Positions 13,306-26,300 of a DNA stretch of 64,000 nt are shown here, piece by piece. Source of the DNA: Octopus vulgaris (lineage: Eukaryota); contig OX597817.1 of NCBI GenBank assembly GCA_951406725.2, forward strand, positions 31,000,001-31,064,000. The letters run 5' to 3'. Made by a program: the position numbers and the translations under genes. Position 1 is the first letter of the stretch; the number at the start of each line of letters is the position of its first letter. A model generated the notes under the pieces. That model saw only the letters and a program-made list of their open reading frames with translations. It was not told where the DNA came from and made no database searches.

Positions 13306-13635
13306 AAATACTAACAATACCACACGCACGTGTACCACACGCACGTGTACCACACTTTCTACGTACGATCATAGTATGTATGTGTTTGTGCATGTGTGTG
13401 TGTATATATACACACTCTTGATTCTTAAGGATTTCTGATAACTAATTTATATATGCTTACATGCATAAAACATCATAAGCAAAAGTAGCACTCCGTCGGT
13501 TACAACGTTAATTTTACGACCAGAAGTTTATCATTTAATTATATAAGAGCATGTCTAGATATGCACATATATGCATGAAAATACATCCATGACACAAAAC
13601 ATACACATTTCCACGTATACATACATACAAAAATA

Positions 13636-13800
13636 CCCCGTTGATGTTGTTGAAATCCCAATGAAGGATCTAGGTTAGAAACCGACTCTTTCTCTATCGG
13701 CAAGAAGTCTTGAAATAAATTGAATAATGGCTGACATACATACATACATACATATATACATGCATACATACATACATTCATACATACATACGTACGTACA
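13636..13800 (+). repeat. Short dispersed repeat plus (TACA)n tail
   Basis: Homologous to the 5630 and 46845 copies. Confidence 0.55.
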
Positions 13801-14104
13801 TATGGATCTTCATGGTGTTATTCGCAAGTTCGATTTTGTTCATATTTTCTATATTGATCTAGTTTTGCATGCTAAAGATGAAAATTACAATAATTTTCCG
13901 CAGAAATCGATAATAAAAGAGTTAGAAACCATTACATTTCAAGATTTTAGCCAAGCGGAAGCCTCCGTATCGAATGAAAAATGTCATATAAGTTCTGAAA
14001 TCAAAGAAAGAAAGCAAGTTGACAACATTGAAATCTTGGAATTCACCCAAACTCTATTTGCAAGAGGTCAAAATTTTCGCATCTGCGCTATAACCGTAAT
14101 TGTA

Positions 14105-14185
14105 ACACTTAATCCTAGCCTAAGCCTTAATCCTAATCCTAAACCCTAAACCCTAAACCTGAACCCTTAATCCTAAAACCGTAAC
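14105..14185. repeat. Degenerate telomere-like (CCCTAAA/CCTAAT) repeats
   Basis: taatcctaatcctaaaccctaaaccctaaacctgaaccc. Confidence 0.6.
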
Positions 14186-14616
14186 TCTACAGCTTACACA
14201 TTAAGCAGATGTTATTGTCAGAACACTCAGCATGTAACTTCAAACACATCTAAAGATTTTCCTTTTCTGTCTTATGATAGGACTAGATAAAACAAGGAAC
14301 GAATGAAGTAAAACAGGTTTTTCCTTCTTTCTATATTTCTGAACAAATCTGTTATAGTTTTATGAATTTAACAGAAATATAAATTTACTAATATTACGGC
14401 TTCTTTGTATTAGTAGCAGCAGTAGTAGAACCGATATCATCATCATCATTATCACCAGCAGCACCGTCACCATCACCCCCATCAATAAAAACAATGGGGT
14501 GTCAAGCTAAGCCATTATCGAACAGTCCGATGATGATTTGGCTGTCCGAAACTTTGAGGTCATTGTTAATACTGTTCTTGCTAAAGAATAATAAATTCGT
14601 ACTCTCCCAAAGTATG

Positions 14617-14760
14617 TCAGGCTTCCACACGGCTTCCATCAACCAAATTCACTTACAAGGGCATTAGTCAACCCGAGACTATAATAATAGATACTTGCCC
14701 AAGTTGTTGCACAGTGAAACTAAACTGAAAACCATGTAAGATGAGCTTCTTAACCACACA
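14617..14760 (-). mobile_element. Degenerate SINE family C 5' part
   Basis: ACTTGCCCAAG and CTTAACCACACAG match the family C head/CORE region. Confidence 0.55.
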
Positions 14761-15767
14761 GTGTTTTAGTAGACTTTTACCACACAATAATACAGCAGTT
14801 ACATACATGGACTCAAACTCCATAACATATATAAAACGGAGAATGATGGTTTAATTTTCCAATTACATGAATGAAAGTTCACAATGCAGACGATGTGTAA
14901 ATGCTAAACTTCACGAAATTACTGATGTCTATAACTTACAGTGATCAGAAGTAACTAGGACCAAGCAATAAAAACATTTTTCCGGACATAGTGCTGAAGA
15001 TAATTAAATGGTTTATTTGTTTTTACAATTGGGCAGCACAGATTGATTTTACAATTGTTTTTTACAACAGATTGTTTTTACAATTTACAGTTGAACGGCA
15101 CAGATGAAGTTAACTTTGTTTTATTCAGTATGTAGAATTTCTTTCTGTTACTGAGGAATACGATGCAATGCCTATATAAGTACATACTCAGTAATTTAGA
15201 AAGTTAACTGTAGAACCTGCGTGCATCAAGTATTGTATTACATTAAAAAGACTAGAATATAACACGGTATGCATACGTTGATATTTATATTCTCTTCTGT
15301 GCAGTTAAGTTAGTTATAATAAAACATATATGGCCGTTAGAACTTCTAGAAATAAAAACCAAATTTTTTTGCGATTTTACCCTATTGTATTGAAGCTGTA
15401 ATCCCTGCTATAAACATATTGAGATTGGTCATTACAGGAAAGTTTATTGTCACAGTTCAGTTTAGTTAGAGCTAGGCTGGGAGTTAAATAACAACAAAAT
15501 GAAACTGAAACAAATTTATATGCAGGCTTTGTTAATTATATTGGTTCAAATATTTTAAATCTGAAATAATTTTTTAACTAGGAGAAAATTAAATATTACA
15601 CCAGACACGTGCGTACTTATGTGTGTATGTATATATGTGCATACATATGTAAGTGTATATACATTCGTATATATATATATGTATAACAAAGTGGAGTTGT
15701 AAGGTACCGCACGAGTGGAATTATATATGAAAGGAGGTTTGAAAATGCAATTTTAAAAGATGTTTAT

Positions 15768-15813
15768 TTACTTGACCGGTTTCACTTTTTTGGAAAAAGA
15801 TTGTCAAAAGTAA
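15768..15813 (-). ncRNA. Degenerate type I hammerhead motif (Penelope-like)
   Basis: ttactt-TTGACAA-tcttttt cc aaaaaagt-GAA-ACCGGT-C-aagtaa; core has two substitutions relative to CTGANGA. Confidence 0.5.
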
Positions 15814-15873
15814 CATTTAAAAGCTTGGTTGTGTTAGGTACAGGTTATCACAAAATATTACAATATATATATA

Positions 15874-15932
15874 GGAGGTGCTCCAGCATGGCCGCAGTCA
15901 AATGACTGAAACAAGTAAAAGAGAGAAAAGAG
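15874..15932 (+). mobile_element. SINE family C 3' fragment
   Basis: GGTGCTCCAGCATGGCCGCAGTCAAATGACTGAAACAAGTAAAAGAG. Confidence 0.8.
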
Positions 15933-16004
15933 TATATATATTCTTTGATAATAAGAACATGTTAAGAACAGTATATATATGTATATAAATATATATACAT
16001 ATAT

Positions 16005-16396
16005 ATTATAATTATAAGTATAATTATAATTAGGGTTAGGCAAAAAATTTGCTTCACAACATACCGAACTTAAGAAATAGTAGCCAAAGAACCTAGCTAT
16101 TTGTTCTACTGTAAGAAACAACTCCCAGACAATATATACTCAAAAACAATTCTGATTCTTGCATTTTTCATATCTATCTAATTCCAAAACGAGTTCACAA
16201 TTAATCAAATGTCGAGTGAATTTCGTTGTTTTTTCTCTCTGTCTACGTGAATTGTTTTTGAGTATATATTGTCTGGGAGTTGTTTCTTACAGTAGAACAA
16301 ATAGCTAGGTTCTTTGGCTGCTATTTCTAAAGTTCAGTGTGTGGTGAAGCAAATTTTTTGCCTAACGCTAATTATAATTATACTCACAATTATAAT
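16005..16396. repeat. Inverted repeat: ~148-bp arms, ~96-nt spacer
   Basis: 16005-16152 vs 16249-16396 reverse complement. Confidence 0.9.
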
Positions 16397-16496
16397 TGTT
16401 TTCCGATAATGGTCTTTTTAAAATACCGAATACTACTTGGTGAAATTATTAATTATTAATTAATTAATTAATTAATTTTACCCTTTATTATTATTG

Positions 16497-16497
<1 letters not shown>

Positions 16498-16582
<85 letters not shown>

Positions 16583-16617
16583 CATATATATATATGCATA
16601 CATACATTACATACATA
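16498..16617. repeat. (TA)n/(TACA)n microsatellite
   Basis: Direct. Confidence 0.9.
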
Positions 16618-16961
16618 AACTGTATATCACGCTTTATTGCAGACCAAATTTTTGTTGATATTTTCAATGTTAAACATTGTACAAATGTGAAACTTGGTCC
16701 ACTGAAAGATCCTTGGCAAGTACGTACGCAGTGAACATTTCAATTGTATTGATAAGCTACATACAAAGTTATCTTGAGTTAGGTATTTTGAAGTGCTTTC
16801 AACTGTCACGCTTTATTGCAGGTGTACGAAAACGTCAATTCAAGGTAATGAAACAAAGTATCATCGCTATATTACTATTTTATTGTAATAATTAAACACG
16901 CTACCGAAGAATAGTAGCAAAAGATATGAAACAAACACAATTAAACTATTTGTGCCGTACT

Positions 16962-18608
16962 TTATTTGTCTGTGTAACTTCCTTGTTTAGAGGTGACATC
17001 AAACAGTCTTTTGTTAACAAAAGCTGTTAGCCGACTAATCTGAGATGATGTTATGGTACCAGCAACTGTTTTGATCTTTTCCCACAGGGCATCCTTCAAT
17101 GAAAAATAGATACCTCCTTCCTACACTTTCCTGTTCAAGATCAACCAGAGCTGTTCGATAGGGTTTAGGTCAGGTGAAAAGGGAGACTAGTTAGTTAGTT
17201 AGTTAATTATTTGGCTCAAAAAGCAAAAAGCAAGGCCAAGCAGGGGGACATGGAGTTATGTGCACGGTGGTGTTCATGTAAAGAGTTCAGGTCACTTGTG
17301 GTCAAGGGAGACTTTGAACCGAGCGGTCGTCGGCATCTTCACTATCTCGTTTGGCAGCTTATTCCACGGAACCGCAACCCGGACGGAGAAAGCCCCTCTC
17401 CTTCGATTGAGATGAAATTGTCGCAGATAGAGCTTTTCGGAGTGACCCCGCAGCCGACGATCTGGAGCAGGAGTGAAGAACAGCTCTTTCGCGAGGTTAA
17501 ACCTTCCGCTTATGATGTTGTGAGCAAGAATGAGATCACCACGGCATCGTCATTTTTCTAGAGAATAAAGGTCGAGCGTCTTCAGCCTTTCTTCATAAGA
17601 CAAATGCTTGAGACCAAGAACCATGCGGGTAGCCAGCTTTTGGACTCTTTCGAGATACTGTATGTCTTTGAGGAGATAAGGAGAAGAGGCTTGAAACCCG
17701 TACTCCAATATGGGTCTCACCAGCGTGACATAGAGCGGTAGGAATATGGCAGCTGTGAGCATTCCGAATGACCGTCGAATCAAGAACAGAACTCCGCGTG
17801 CTTTGACCGTCGAATCAAGAACAGAACTCCGCATGCTTTGTCATGAGTGATTGGCCTGTGATTCCCAAAGTTGCGAGGTATGAAATTGTAGCCTTGGCTG
17901 AATGCGAAGGAGCATTGTTATGGATAAAAATCAACCACTATCGACGTGAGAGTGGCAGATCATCTAACCATGCTGCAAAATTCTCCTCCAGAAATGCTGT
18001 GTATGAGTTGCTGGTGAGTTTGGCACCTCCTGGCACTCAGAAAGGCCCGACAAGTTCATTTCCTATGATTCCCACCCAAAACATGACACCACCACCTTCT
18101 TGTTGACGCGGAATGCGATACGGGCGAGAGGCTTCAAGAGATACCCAAACTTTGGTTCACCCGTCGGGGTTATCCAGAGTAACTCTGGCCTCATCCGTGA
18201 AGGAGACATCTTGGAAATTGATCTTCATGTACTTCCGTACCCAATGAATACGCTTCTCTTTGTGGTTAGCGCTTAGGATGGGTCTAGCGATGCACTTAAC
18301 ACTTCTGGCCGTCTTTTTAAGAATCCTACACCGGGTTCTTCTGTACAAAGGAGCAACCCCAGCATTTTCAAATATGGCAGTACTTGTGCTATCGATGTCT
18401 TTTCTTACTTGTCTACCTATTTTTCGGATATCACGATGGGAAACACTTCTCGTACCTTTATCTTGATTTGGTTTGATGATGGGGTTTTCCACAATGTTCT
18501 TGTATCCCGACCAAGCTCTTGGGCTAATTCTCCCACCGATAAGTCTTCTGCGAGACCAATAACAATCCGCGTTTTCTCTGTAGCTATTAGACGTCGTTTC
18601 TGCGGCAT
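16962..18608 (-). pseudogene. DD37E transposase pseudogene, interrupted by a LINE
   Basis: MPQKRRL.., FTDEARVTLDNPDG, RQQEGGGVMFW, IHNNAPSH (D>N), SPDLNPIEQLW; 37 residues between the second catalytic position and E once the insert is removed; stops and frameshifts. Confidence 0.85.
17190..17838 (-). mobile_element. 5'-truncated CR1-like LINE
   Basis: LYVTLVRPILEY..SPYL.KDI..LERVQKLATRMV.GL.HLSYEERL..LDLYSLE; (TAAC)n tail at 17190-17205; 35-bp tandem duplication at the 5' end (17769-17838). Confidence 0.9.
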
Positions 18609-18825
18609 TTTAGTATACGTTCAATAAAGTGTGACACAGATGAAATTACTTCAGAATGAATAACTCAACATAACTTTGTATGTAGATTATCAGTACGATT
18701 GAAATGTTCACTATGTACCTACCTACCTAGTATCTTTCATTGGACCGAGTTTCACATTTGTACAATGAGTAATATTCAAAATATCAACAAAAGTTTAGTC
18801 TGCAATAAAGCGTGATACATAGTTT

Positions 18826-18848
18826 ATATATGTATGTATGTATGTATG

Positions 18849-18921
<73 letters not shown>

Positions 18922-18950
18922 CATACATACATATATATATATATACATAC
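18826..18950. repeat. (TATG)/(TA)n microsatellite
   Basis: Direct. Confidence 0.95.
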
Positions 18951-19879
18951 AAATATATTTTTTCTTCTCTTTCTTCATCTCCTATTCCTTTATTCCTATC
19001 CTCTATGTCGTCATTTCATCAATCTATACCCTGCTAATTTTCCTTATTTGTCTCCGATGACGGAATATCCTAGTAACTGGGATTTCCCAGAAACAGCTGT
19101 AAGACTTTGAATTGTTCTCCCATAATATTAATGAATATGAATTGAGATGTTTGCCTTGCATTAACGTTTGTTGTCCCCTTTAACAATTATATATATATAT
19201 ACATGTGTATATGTAGATTTATATTTGCGTGTTGGGCGCATGTATGTGTGCTTGTGCGTGCATGTGTGTGCATGTGCGTGCATGTGTGTGTGTGTGCGTG
19301 TGTCTGTATGTCTGTCTGTGCATGTGTATCTCAAATGAGAATTAAAATTTGTTGTTTGGAACGGAATTTTGTGAGTTTGAATCAAAACTCCAAAGCTCAT
19401 ATAAAATATCAGAGGAATAAGAGAAACTCAAATAACCATTGTGTAGCATCAGCCAAATAATCCCCTTGCGATGTGCAGGAAATTTATAGAATTTGATAAG
19501 TTAAGTGAAGAGAAAACAGAATTTATTAGAACAACTAGCTACAACGATATCCCTTGCTATTTGACCTGCTGTAATGTCCAGTATAAAAATTAGGATAGAA
19601 GTTTTTACAGTCAAAGTTTGTATTTCAGTAATTTTATAAAGGGAAGTACAGCTCTACCAGCTTAACTGAATGATTTATGTGTTTCAGCAAAGGTCAAAAG
19701 TTCAGAATTAGATGTCTATAGCTCATAACTTCAGTCTTTGCCATATTAGTTTGTATTCTATATTTAGTAAGTACACAGCAATAATCGTCACAGTAGATAT
19801 GAAATAGCGGACTGTTCACCACAAAACACGTTGAAATCTTACTTTGGCGATTACATTTGGCATCTGAGTTACACAAACG

Positions 19880-19919
<40 letters not shown>

Positions 19920-20389
19920 CACACATTCACATAACACATCTTTTCTCAGTCGGTCGCTGATGGCAGATTTCACATACACTCTGCAGTGGTCATTTGTTAA
20001 GATTTTACATTTATCAACGTTTAATTCCATGGATCAAATCATCTCACAGACCACTTAATTTAAAATATATTTTTGATCTCTGATAACGTAACAGTGACGT
20101 CGTACTTTAAATGTTCTAGATATACAGGAATAGTCACTGGTATGGGGAACCATGAAATAAATACAGTGAACTACTCAGATGGCTCCGTATTTCACCTATT
20201 ACTTAGCTGAGCTACCTACGAGCTAGCTGTAGTAAATATACAATTACTGGAGTAGGAACTGTATGAAAAAAGTTTAGTGAGCTGTTGACTGTTCATTACA
20301 GAGTGCTATGCACATGGGCACGTTCCCTTCTTTTCCTCTCTTTCTTCGTGGAAGCAAGTACAATTTATCACACATTTATTTGGATTGCT

Positions 20390-20809
20390 AGGCGTAGGAA
20401 TGGCTGTGTGGTAAGTAGCTTGTTTACCAACCACATGATTCCGGGTTCAGTCCCACTTCGTGGCACCTTGGGCAAGTGTCTTCTACTATAGCTTCGGGTC
20501 GATCAAAGCCTTGTGAGTGGATTTGGTAGACAGAAACTGAAAGAAGCTCGTCGTATATATGTATATATATGTGTGTGTGTGTATGTTTGTGTGTCTGTGT
20601 TTGTCCCCCCAACATTGCTTGACAACCGATGCTGGTGTGTTTACGTCCCCGTAACTTAGCGGTTCGGCAAAAGAGCCCGATAGAATAAGTACAATAAGTA
20701 CTAGGTTTACAAAGAATAAGTCCTGGGGTTGATTTGCTCAACTAATGACGGTGCTCCAGCATGGTCACAGTCAAATGACTGAAACAAGTAAAAGAGAGAG
20801 TAAAGAGTA
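20390..20809 (+). mobile_element. SINE family C (CORE-like, internal TA/TG microsatellite), full length
   Basis: TGGCTGTGTGGTAAG, GGTTCAGTCCC, GGCACCTTGGGCAAGTG; AAGAGT-repeat tail; copies at 32951, 38300 and 44882. Confidence 0.88.
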
Positions 20810-22101
20810 TGGAAGATTTGTGAAGACTGGAAAGTAATGAAGGAAGCGTGAGCCATTGAATCTCAAAAGCGAACATTGACGACTGATGATGCACAAATGA
20901 ACTAAGTCAAACACAAAATACAGTATCAAAAGTATTAGCTACTATGAACATGTTGTTCAAATGGTTGATGAATTGTGGCTGAAAAATAGTTATTTGTTGA
21001 TAATGAAAAGTGCTAATATTAGAGACAGACCGGGGTAGACAAGAACAGAAATAGCAAATGTATCTTACTAGTTGTAAGGATATCGTAGACGGGATGACAA
21101 AGCATCCAAACAAGTGGTGATGCGCTGTATAGCAGACCTATACAATCCATAACAGTAAGGGGAAATGGATGTTAAAATGATTATGACAACTATTAGAAGG
21201 AACAGAATGGGATGAGACGATGGCAAGACAGAGGATTTATAGGTTGTGTCAAAACAGCATAGTTTAAGTGTCAAGCTCTAGGAATTAATTTCAAAATAAT
21301 CGTTAATGCATGTAGATTAATTTGATTTTACAAGAATAATGGGAATATAGATGTATTACATCTATAGTGAAATCTAAAATGTACATGAACACACCACGCA
21401 CACACACACACAAAGGAGACTGCATACACAGTTATAAATATAAAACCCATTCATATCATGATGGTGGATAATTAAGCATTAAACCGCATCCCATACATGA
21501 CTATGTTCATAATGCATTTAACAAAATTAAGCAGACACAAAGTTACACGCATACATGCATACATACACACATATACATACACACACATACATACATACAC
21601 ACACATTTCCACAATGTATGGCGGAGAGAGTTGCTGTGTTTGAATATGCATATGTTAGAGCTAACTTATTGAGATAAATTAATATATTCAAATTCATATC
21701 CATAGCTTTTATTCCTCAAGAAGTTGGAGTCGTCCAAATATTTACATATCTTGAAGATCTCTGTGACCAAGCAGAATGACGACTGCGTATGTTAAAATAT
21801 ATGCATCTTAATGACTTACAGCATATTTAATGAGAGCGTATGGCTTGATTGTATCTATAAATGTAGACGTATATATATATACACAAAAACAACATATACA
21901 CAAATAAAACAAAAGTAAACGAAATTTGAGTTGAAATTATAAACAAAATATTAACAAATTGATCTGAAGATTATTTCCTTAACACAGAATCTATATAAAT
22001 TATGCCGAAATTTTGAGCGAGATACTCTGACATTGGGTTTTATTTCTTAGAAAGACGTAAGATTTTCTTTTTCCGAGCAAAGTAATTTATTTCATTTTAT
22101 G

Positions 22102-22795
22102 TTAGGTTGACCAAAACATTTGTTCGTTTTTTGGGTTGTTTTTTGGGGGGAGGAGGGGTTCTGTCAACACCAAACTTCAAGTACTCTTTAGCTAACTTTT
22201 ATCTGTTCCTTATGCATTTCCACTCGATAGATACTTGATACTTTAACGTAGTTTGATGCGAACATGCCACGAGTGAAGCTGTATTTTGTGTACTTACGAT
22301 CACTCTGAAAATGGAGAGCCAAAACAAATATTATCGACACCTCATGCTATTTTATTTTTAAAAGGTAAGAAAGCGGCGGAAACCTGCAGAAAGATATGCG
22401 CAGTGTGCGGAGAGGATGTTGTGATGGGAGGATTGTGCCAGAAGTGGTTTTCAAGATTTCGATTGAGAAATATTTCGGTTCAAGACACATCTCGCTCAGG
22501 CCAGGTAACTGAGATTAACAACGACACTAATCTCCGTTATACCACCAGAGTGAATTCAGATATTTTCCAGATATACAAATCGAGTGTTGAAAACCATGTG
22601 CATCAAGTTGATTAAGTCAGCAGGCTCAATATTTAGGTTCCCAACGGATTTCCATCTGCAATTCGTTGTTGAAAGGTGAAGAAAACGATCCTTTTTTTAA
22701 TCGAATGGTGACAGAGAATGAAAAATGGATCGTGTATAACGATGTGAAATGCAGACAACTGCAAAAGTACTTGTGAGCTTCATCGGCTGTTATCG
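22102..22795 (+). mobile_element. Decayed mariner element, 5' part
   Basis: TIR-like TTAGGTTGACC; KGKKAAETCRKICAVCGED..CQKWFSRFR; PFLNRMVTENEKWIVY; same family as 41770. Confidence 0.8.
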
Positions 22796-23985
22796 ATGGC
22801 TTCCTATCAAATTTCCCACATCTATACATGCTACTGGGGCATTTTCAGACACAAACTTTATCAATTCTACTGTACCCCCAACATCTCACGATCTAACAAC
22901 CACAGCATAGCATAATTCCTATTTATTGCTAGTGTTAGAAAATAATTCCAACTCCCAACAATTACTAATTTTCTACAAAGTTCAAGTGAGACCCAAGTAG
23001 AATTTCACACCTGTGCTTGTGACTGTGCTTCCGCTATACATACCAACGTTCTAAATCACATCCCACAAAAAGTCTACTCGACTGACTAACTTTTAGTTGC
23101 ACTGCAACATACTCCAACTTCTTCTCAGATATGTTCATATAACAATAAGTTTACTACAGCTACTACAGTGGCTTCTGCTTCTCAGAGCTGACTGGTTTTT
23201 AATCTCCAAACTCATTTGTCTCTTCTTGCCTCTTCTCCTTTCATCACCCATTTTGCATCTGTGTCTCGAGATACAAATTACTATATCCAATTTTTATTGA
23301 TGAAATCTTTATCGACTTGCATTAACTACAGCAGCCTCACAACTCTTGGAGAAAGCCATGGGCACAGTCCTTCCTTCATGATCAACTAAGTAAAAGTAAA
23401 TGAAACACTATTGGTAAAAATGTTTATCCACAATCAGTAGAAAAGCTATAGGGTTTGGGCAAATTATCCATAAATGTCTTGCTTTTGTGATATTTAAATG
23501 CAATATCCATATCTGTAATAATACTTATTTCAACATGAGTTCATCGTTTATTTTCTTGTATGGTATTTGCATTTATCGGAATTTTAAAATAGAATATTCC
23601 ATTAATATTGAATTATTTACCCAACATTAGCATACCTTCAGTGCTAAGAAAAATATTTGTATTGAGAAGAATTTCGAAATAGAAATATCAATTGTTTTTG
23701 GAATGATATCGAATCTGATACTAAGGTTATATCTTTTGACATTTCAGTATAGTTGCTAACCATACAGATTGTGTCCATTCCATAAGTTAATTATTCTGGC
23801 AATTTAACTGTTCACAGATAGCCAAGAAAATTAGTATTCAAAATAATTAATGTACTGCTAACAATTACATACATATGTTAATAAATATATTATGAATATT
23901 TGATAAGTTCCAGCTTTCCTACCATTATATCTCAAGAAAACTGATTTCCCAGGTATGACAATATACCTGTGGTTTTTTTATACCA

Positions 23986-24171
23986 TACTAGCAGTATCGC
24001 CCGGCGTTGCTCAGGTTTGTAAGGGAAATAACTATAAAGCATTTTTAGAGAGTTATAGCCAAAAAATCAAGTTTCATCAGAATCGGTTGAAAGCCGTGGT
24101 CAGAGTGAGGGTACGAGAAAACAGACACACAGAAAACGCACAGACAAACTCCCGTTTATATAGAGAGAGAT
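23986..24171 (+). mobile_element. Non-autonomous Helitron/HINE-like element
   Basis: Starts TACTAGCAGTATCGCCCGGCGTTGCTC(A/G)GG, as at 48621; ends ACAGAC repeats plus TTTATATAG. Confidence 0.6.
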
Positions 24172-24879
24172 TTTAATATGTATTTCTCCCTTTTTTCACT
24201 AATTCATTTTTCTCATATTCACTTAAATAGGAACTTTTTAAAAAACTATCATATAGATGCTTCTTTTGTTAGTTACAAAATAATTTGACAGTACGTCAAG
24301 TTTGAAAACGTCTCAACTCTTATAGCACAAACTACATCCAAATGTCGAAGGTGATGTCTTCCAGAATTTCCATAGTATTAAGAGAGAAAATTACTTAAAA
24401 ATACTGAAGTTATTTTTCAAGACAAAAATATCTCTAGTGTCAGTTTGGATTCTGGAAAAAGTATTATTATATACTAAATAAATTTACAACGGACAGTTGA
24501 TTTGCACTCTTAGCTTATTACTATAATAGATTACTGTTATGTTACTATAATTGATTATAATCAATTTTCTGAAATGTCATGATGTATGCAAATCCTAACG
24601 TAAGTGCACACAAAATATTTATTGCTTTCCTCCTCATCACCACAAAGTCAAATTTTCTTGCTGATTACGATATATAACTTACTTTCTCCAGAAGGATATC
24701 TCAAAGGAAGTTTTCCCTCTGTTTAAATATTCTTTTAACATCAACTATCACACCACTCTCATTCCAGTATCAGCAGAGCCCCACATGACTATTTTAAAGG
24801 TCTTTCTTCTCTAGATAAAGACACATAATAATAAAATCATGTTGTTTCAGTATAATGAATGGTTTAAACGCTCAAGATT

Positions 24880-25160
24880 GACTCGAAGCATATTCCTAAT
24901 CTCGATCTCAATCAATGTACTCTCTACAGCATTGGGACAAGATTTATTTTACCGTTTGCAGCAAGAAACTTGAGATCGTCTATATACAAAAGATAGTTGA
25001 TTGTCCTCCAATAAGCACTTATGCGTTAGTCAAAATTGTTTTAAAATGTTAGATAAAAGTCTTAGTACCAAGTAGGAAAGCAATCATGAGAAAGAGACGA
25101 ATTCTGATAATAAAAAAATATGGGTATTTTTTTTAAAAACTCCCTTCTTTCGCTAGAATC
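24880..25160 (-). pseudogene. Non-LTR reverse transcriptase remnant (R4/R2-like YxDD motif)
   Basis: Manual translation KKGVF.. followed by TINYLLYIDDLKFLA. Confidence 0.6.
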
Positions 25161-25979
25161 TAGATGATTGCTTTGCATTTATCCCAGGTGTATTCTAACT
25201 ACTTGCTTGTTATTGGTGCTACCTGATGCTTAATGTTTCTAAGGTCTACAGTTGAGGGCTACTGCCGAAAAGCATTTTGTTAACCACTCTAGATCAGGCT
25301 CAGATCATTCTTTCTTATTCTACAGTATTTGGTCAGGGTTTTATTTACCGATAATTGACCTTTACAGATATATGAATATTTGCAATATCTCTTTCACTCT
25401 TCAAGATGCACATTTTTCATATGCTTGATTATTCTCTGAGATATTATTGCAAGATAAAGTTTTGCATGATGTATGAAGACAAGTTATAGTTCTATAGCCT
25501 TTAAAGTTTGCTAAGTCTTTACCTTTAGGGTTAAAGTGGATTTCTCTTTAGTGAGTTAACCAGTTACTGTTTGCAGATCCATCAGCATCTTGTTAAACCA
25601 AACATCAAAGAATCCACAAACCACCGTTCAGCAACTCACAATTATCACAACTACAAGAGTAACAAATAACAGTAATTACACATAAAACTACAAACCCAGA
25701 AACAACCAAGCAAATAGAAAGGATATAAACAGTTGAAATCGCCGCACAAAAACAAAATTAAAACTGGAAAATATGAGAACACAACGCCATCCAGAGAAAG
25801 AAAAACATCAAATGAAATAACAAAAACAAAAGAACAAATACAGTAGCAGCCAAAAACAGGAAATTGTCATCTATTCACAACTTTACTGATTTACGGAAAA
25901 ATAAAGTGAGATGTTGGCATAAAGAAATAAAGCAATTCAGTAATAAGATACAAACACAACTGGGAGAGATTTCAGGAGT

Positions 25980-26300
25980 TAAAAGCACTGAGAGATATAC
26001 TTCTGATGAAAATACCTTCGGGAGCTTATCTGACTCTCGTGCAACATGAAAACTTTTGGGAAAAGAACGGAAAAGATTCTTTTTATGGAACCTTTTTTTA
26101 GGGCCCTCTTCTCGGCCAAGAATATGAAACTGTTTATTCTCTGATGCCTAGATATATGACTTCGGCTGATTTTTTTCCCACTCAACGGGGTCGTGCTAAA
26201 AGATGTATTCATAAATGTATCTAGTCAGAGTTTGGCTTGGAAGCAACGTAACTTGCTAAACGACATATTGTCATATGCTATAGATCTGGTCACCATCAAC
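25980..26300 (-). mobile_element. Possible decayed LINE RT 3' fragment
   Basis: SAEVIYLGI resembles the RT KYLG motif. Confidence 0.25.

Larger units (their letters stand above)
16618..18824 (-). mobile_element. Tc1-type DD37E (TRT-like) DNA transposon with ~200-bp IR/DR terminal repeats
   Basis: TA flanks; TIRs ~16618-16821 and ~18620-18824; direct repeat TCACGCTTTATTGCAG at 16627 and 16806, mirrored at ~18622 and 18800. Confidence 0.88.

Noticed and set aside
13727-14149. 140-aa ORF
   Set aside because: It starts in a TACA microsatellite, ends in telomere-like repeats and has no recognisable domain.
17211-17561. 116-aa plus-strand ORF
   Set aside because: It is antisense to the CR1 ORF2 C-terminus and 3'UTR.
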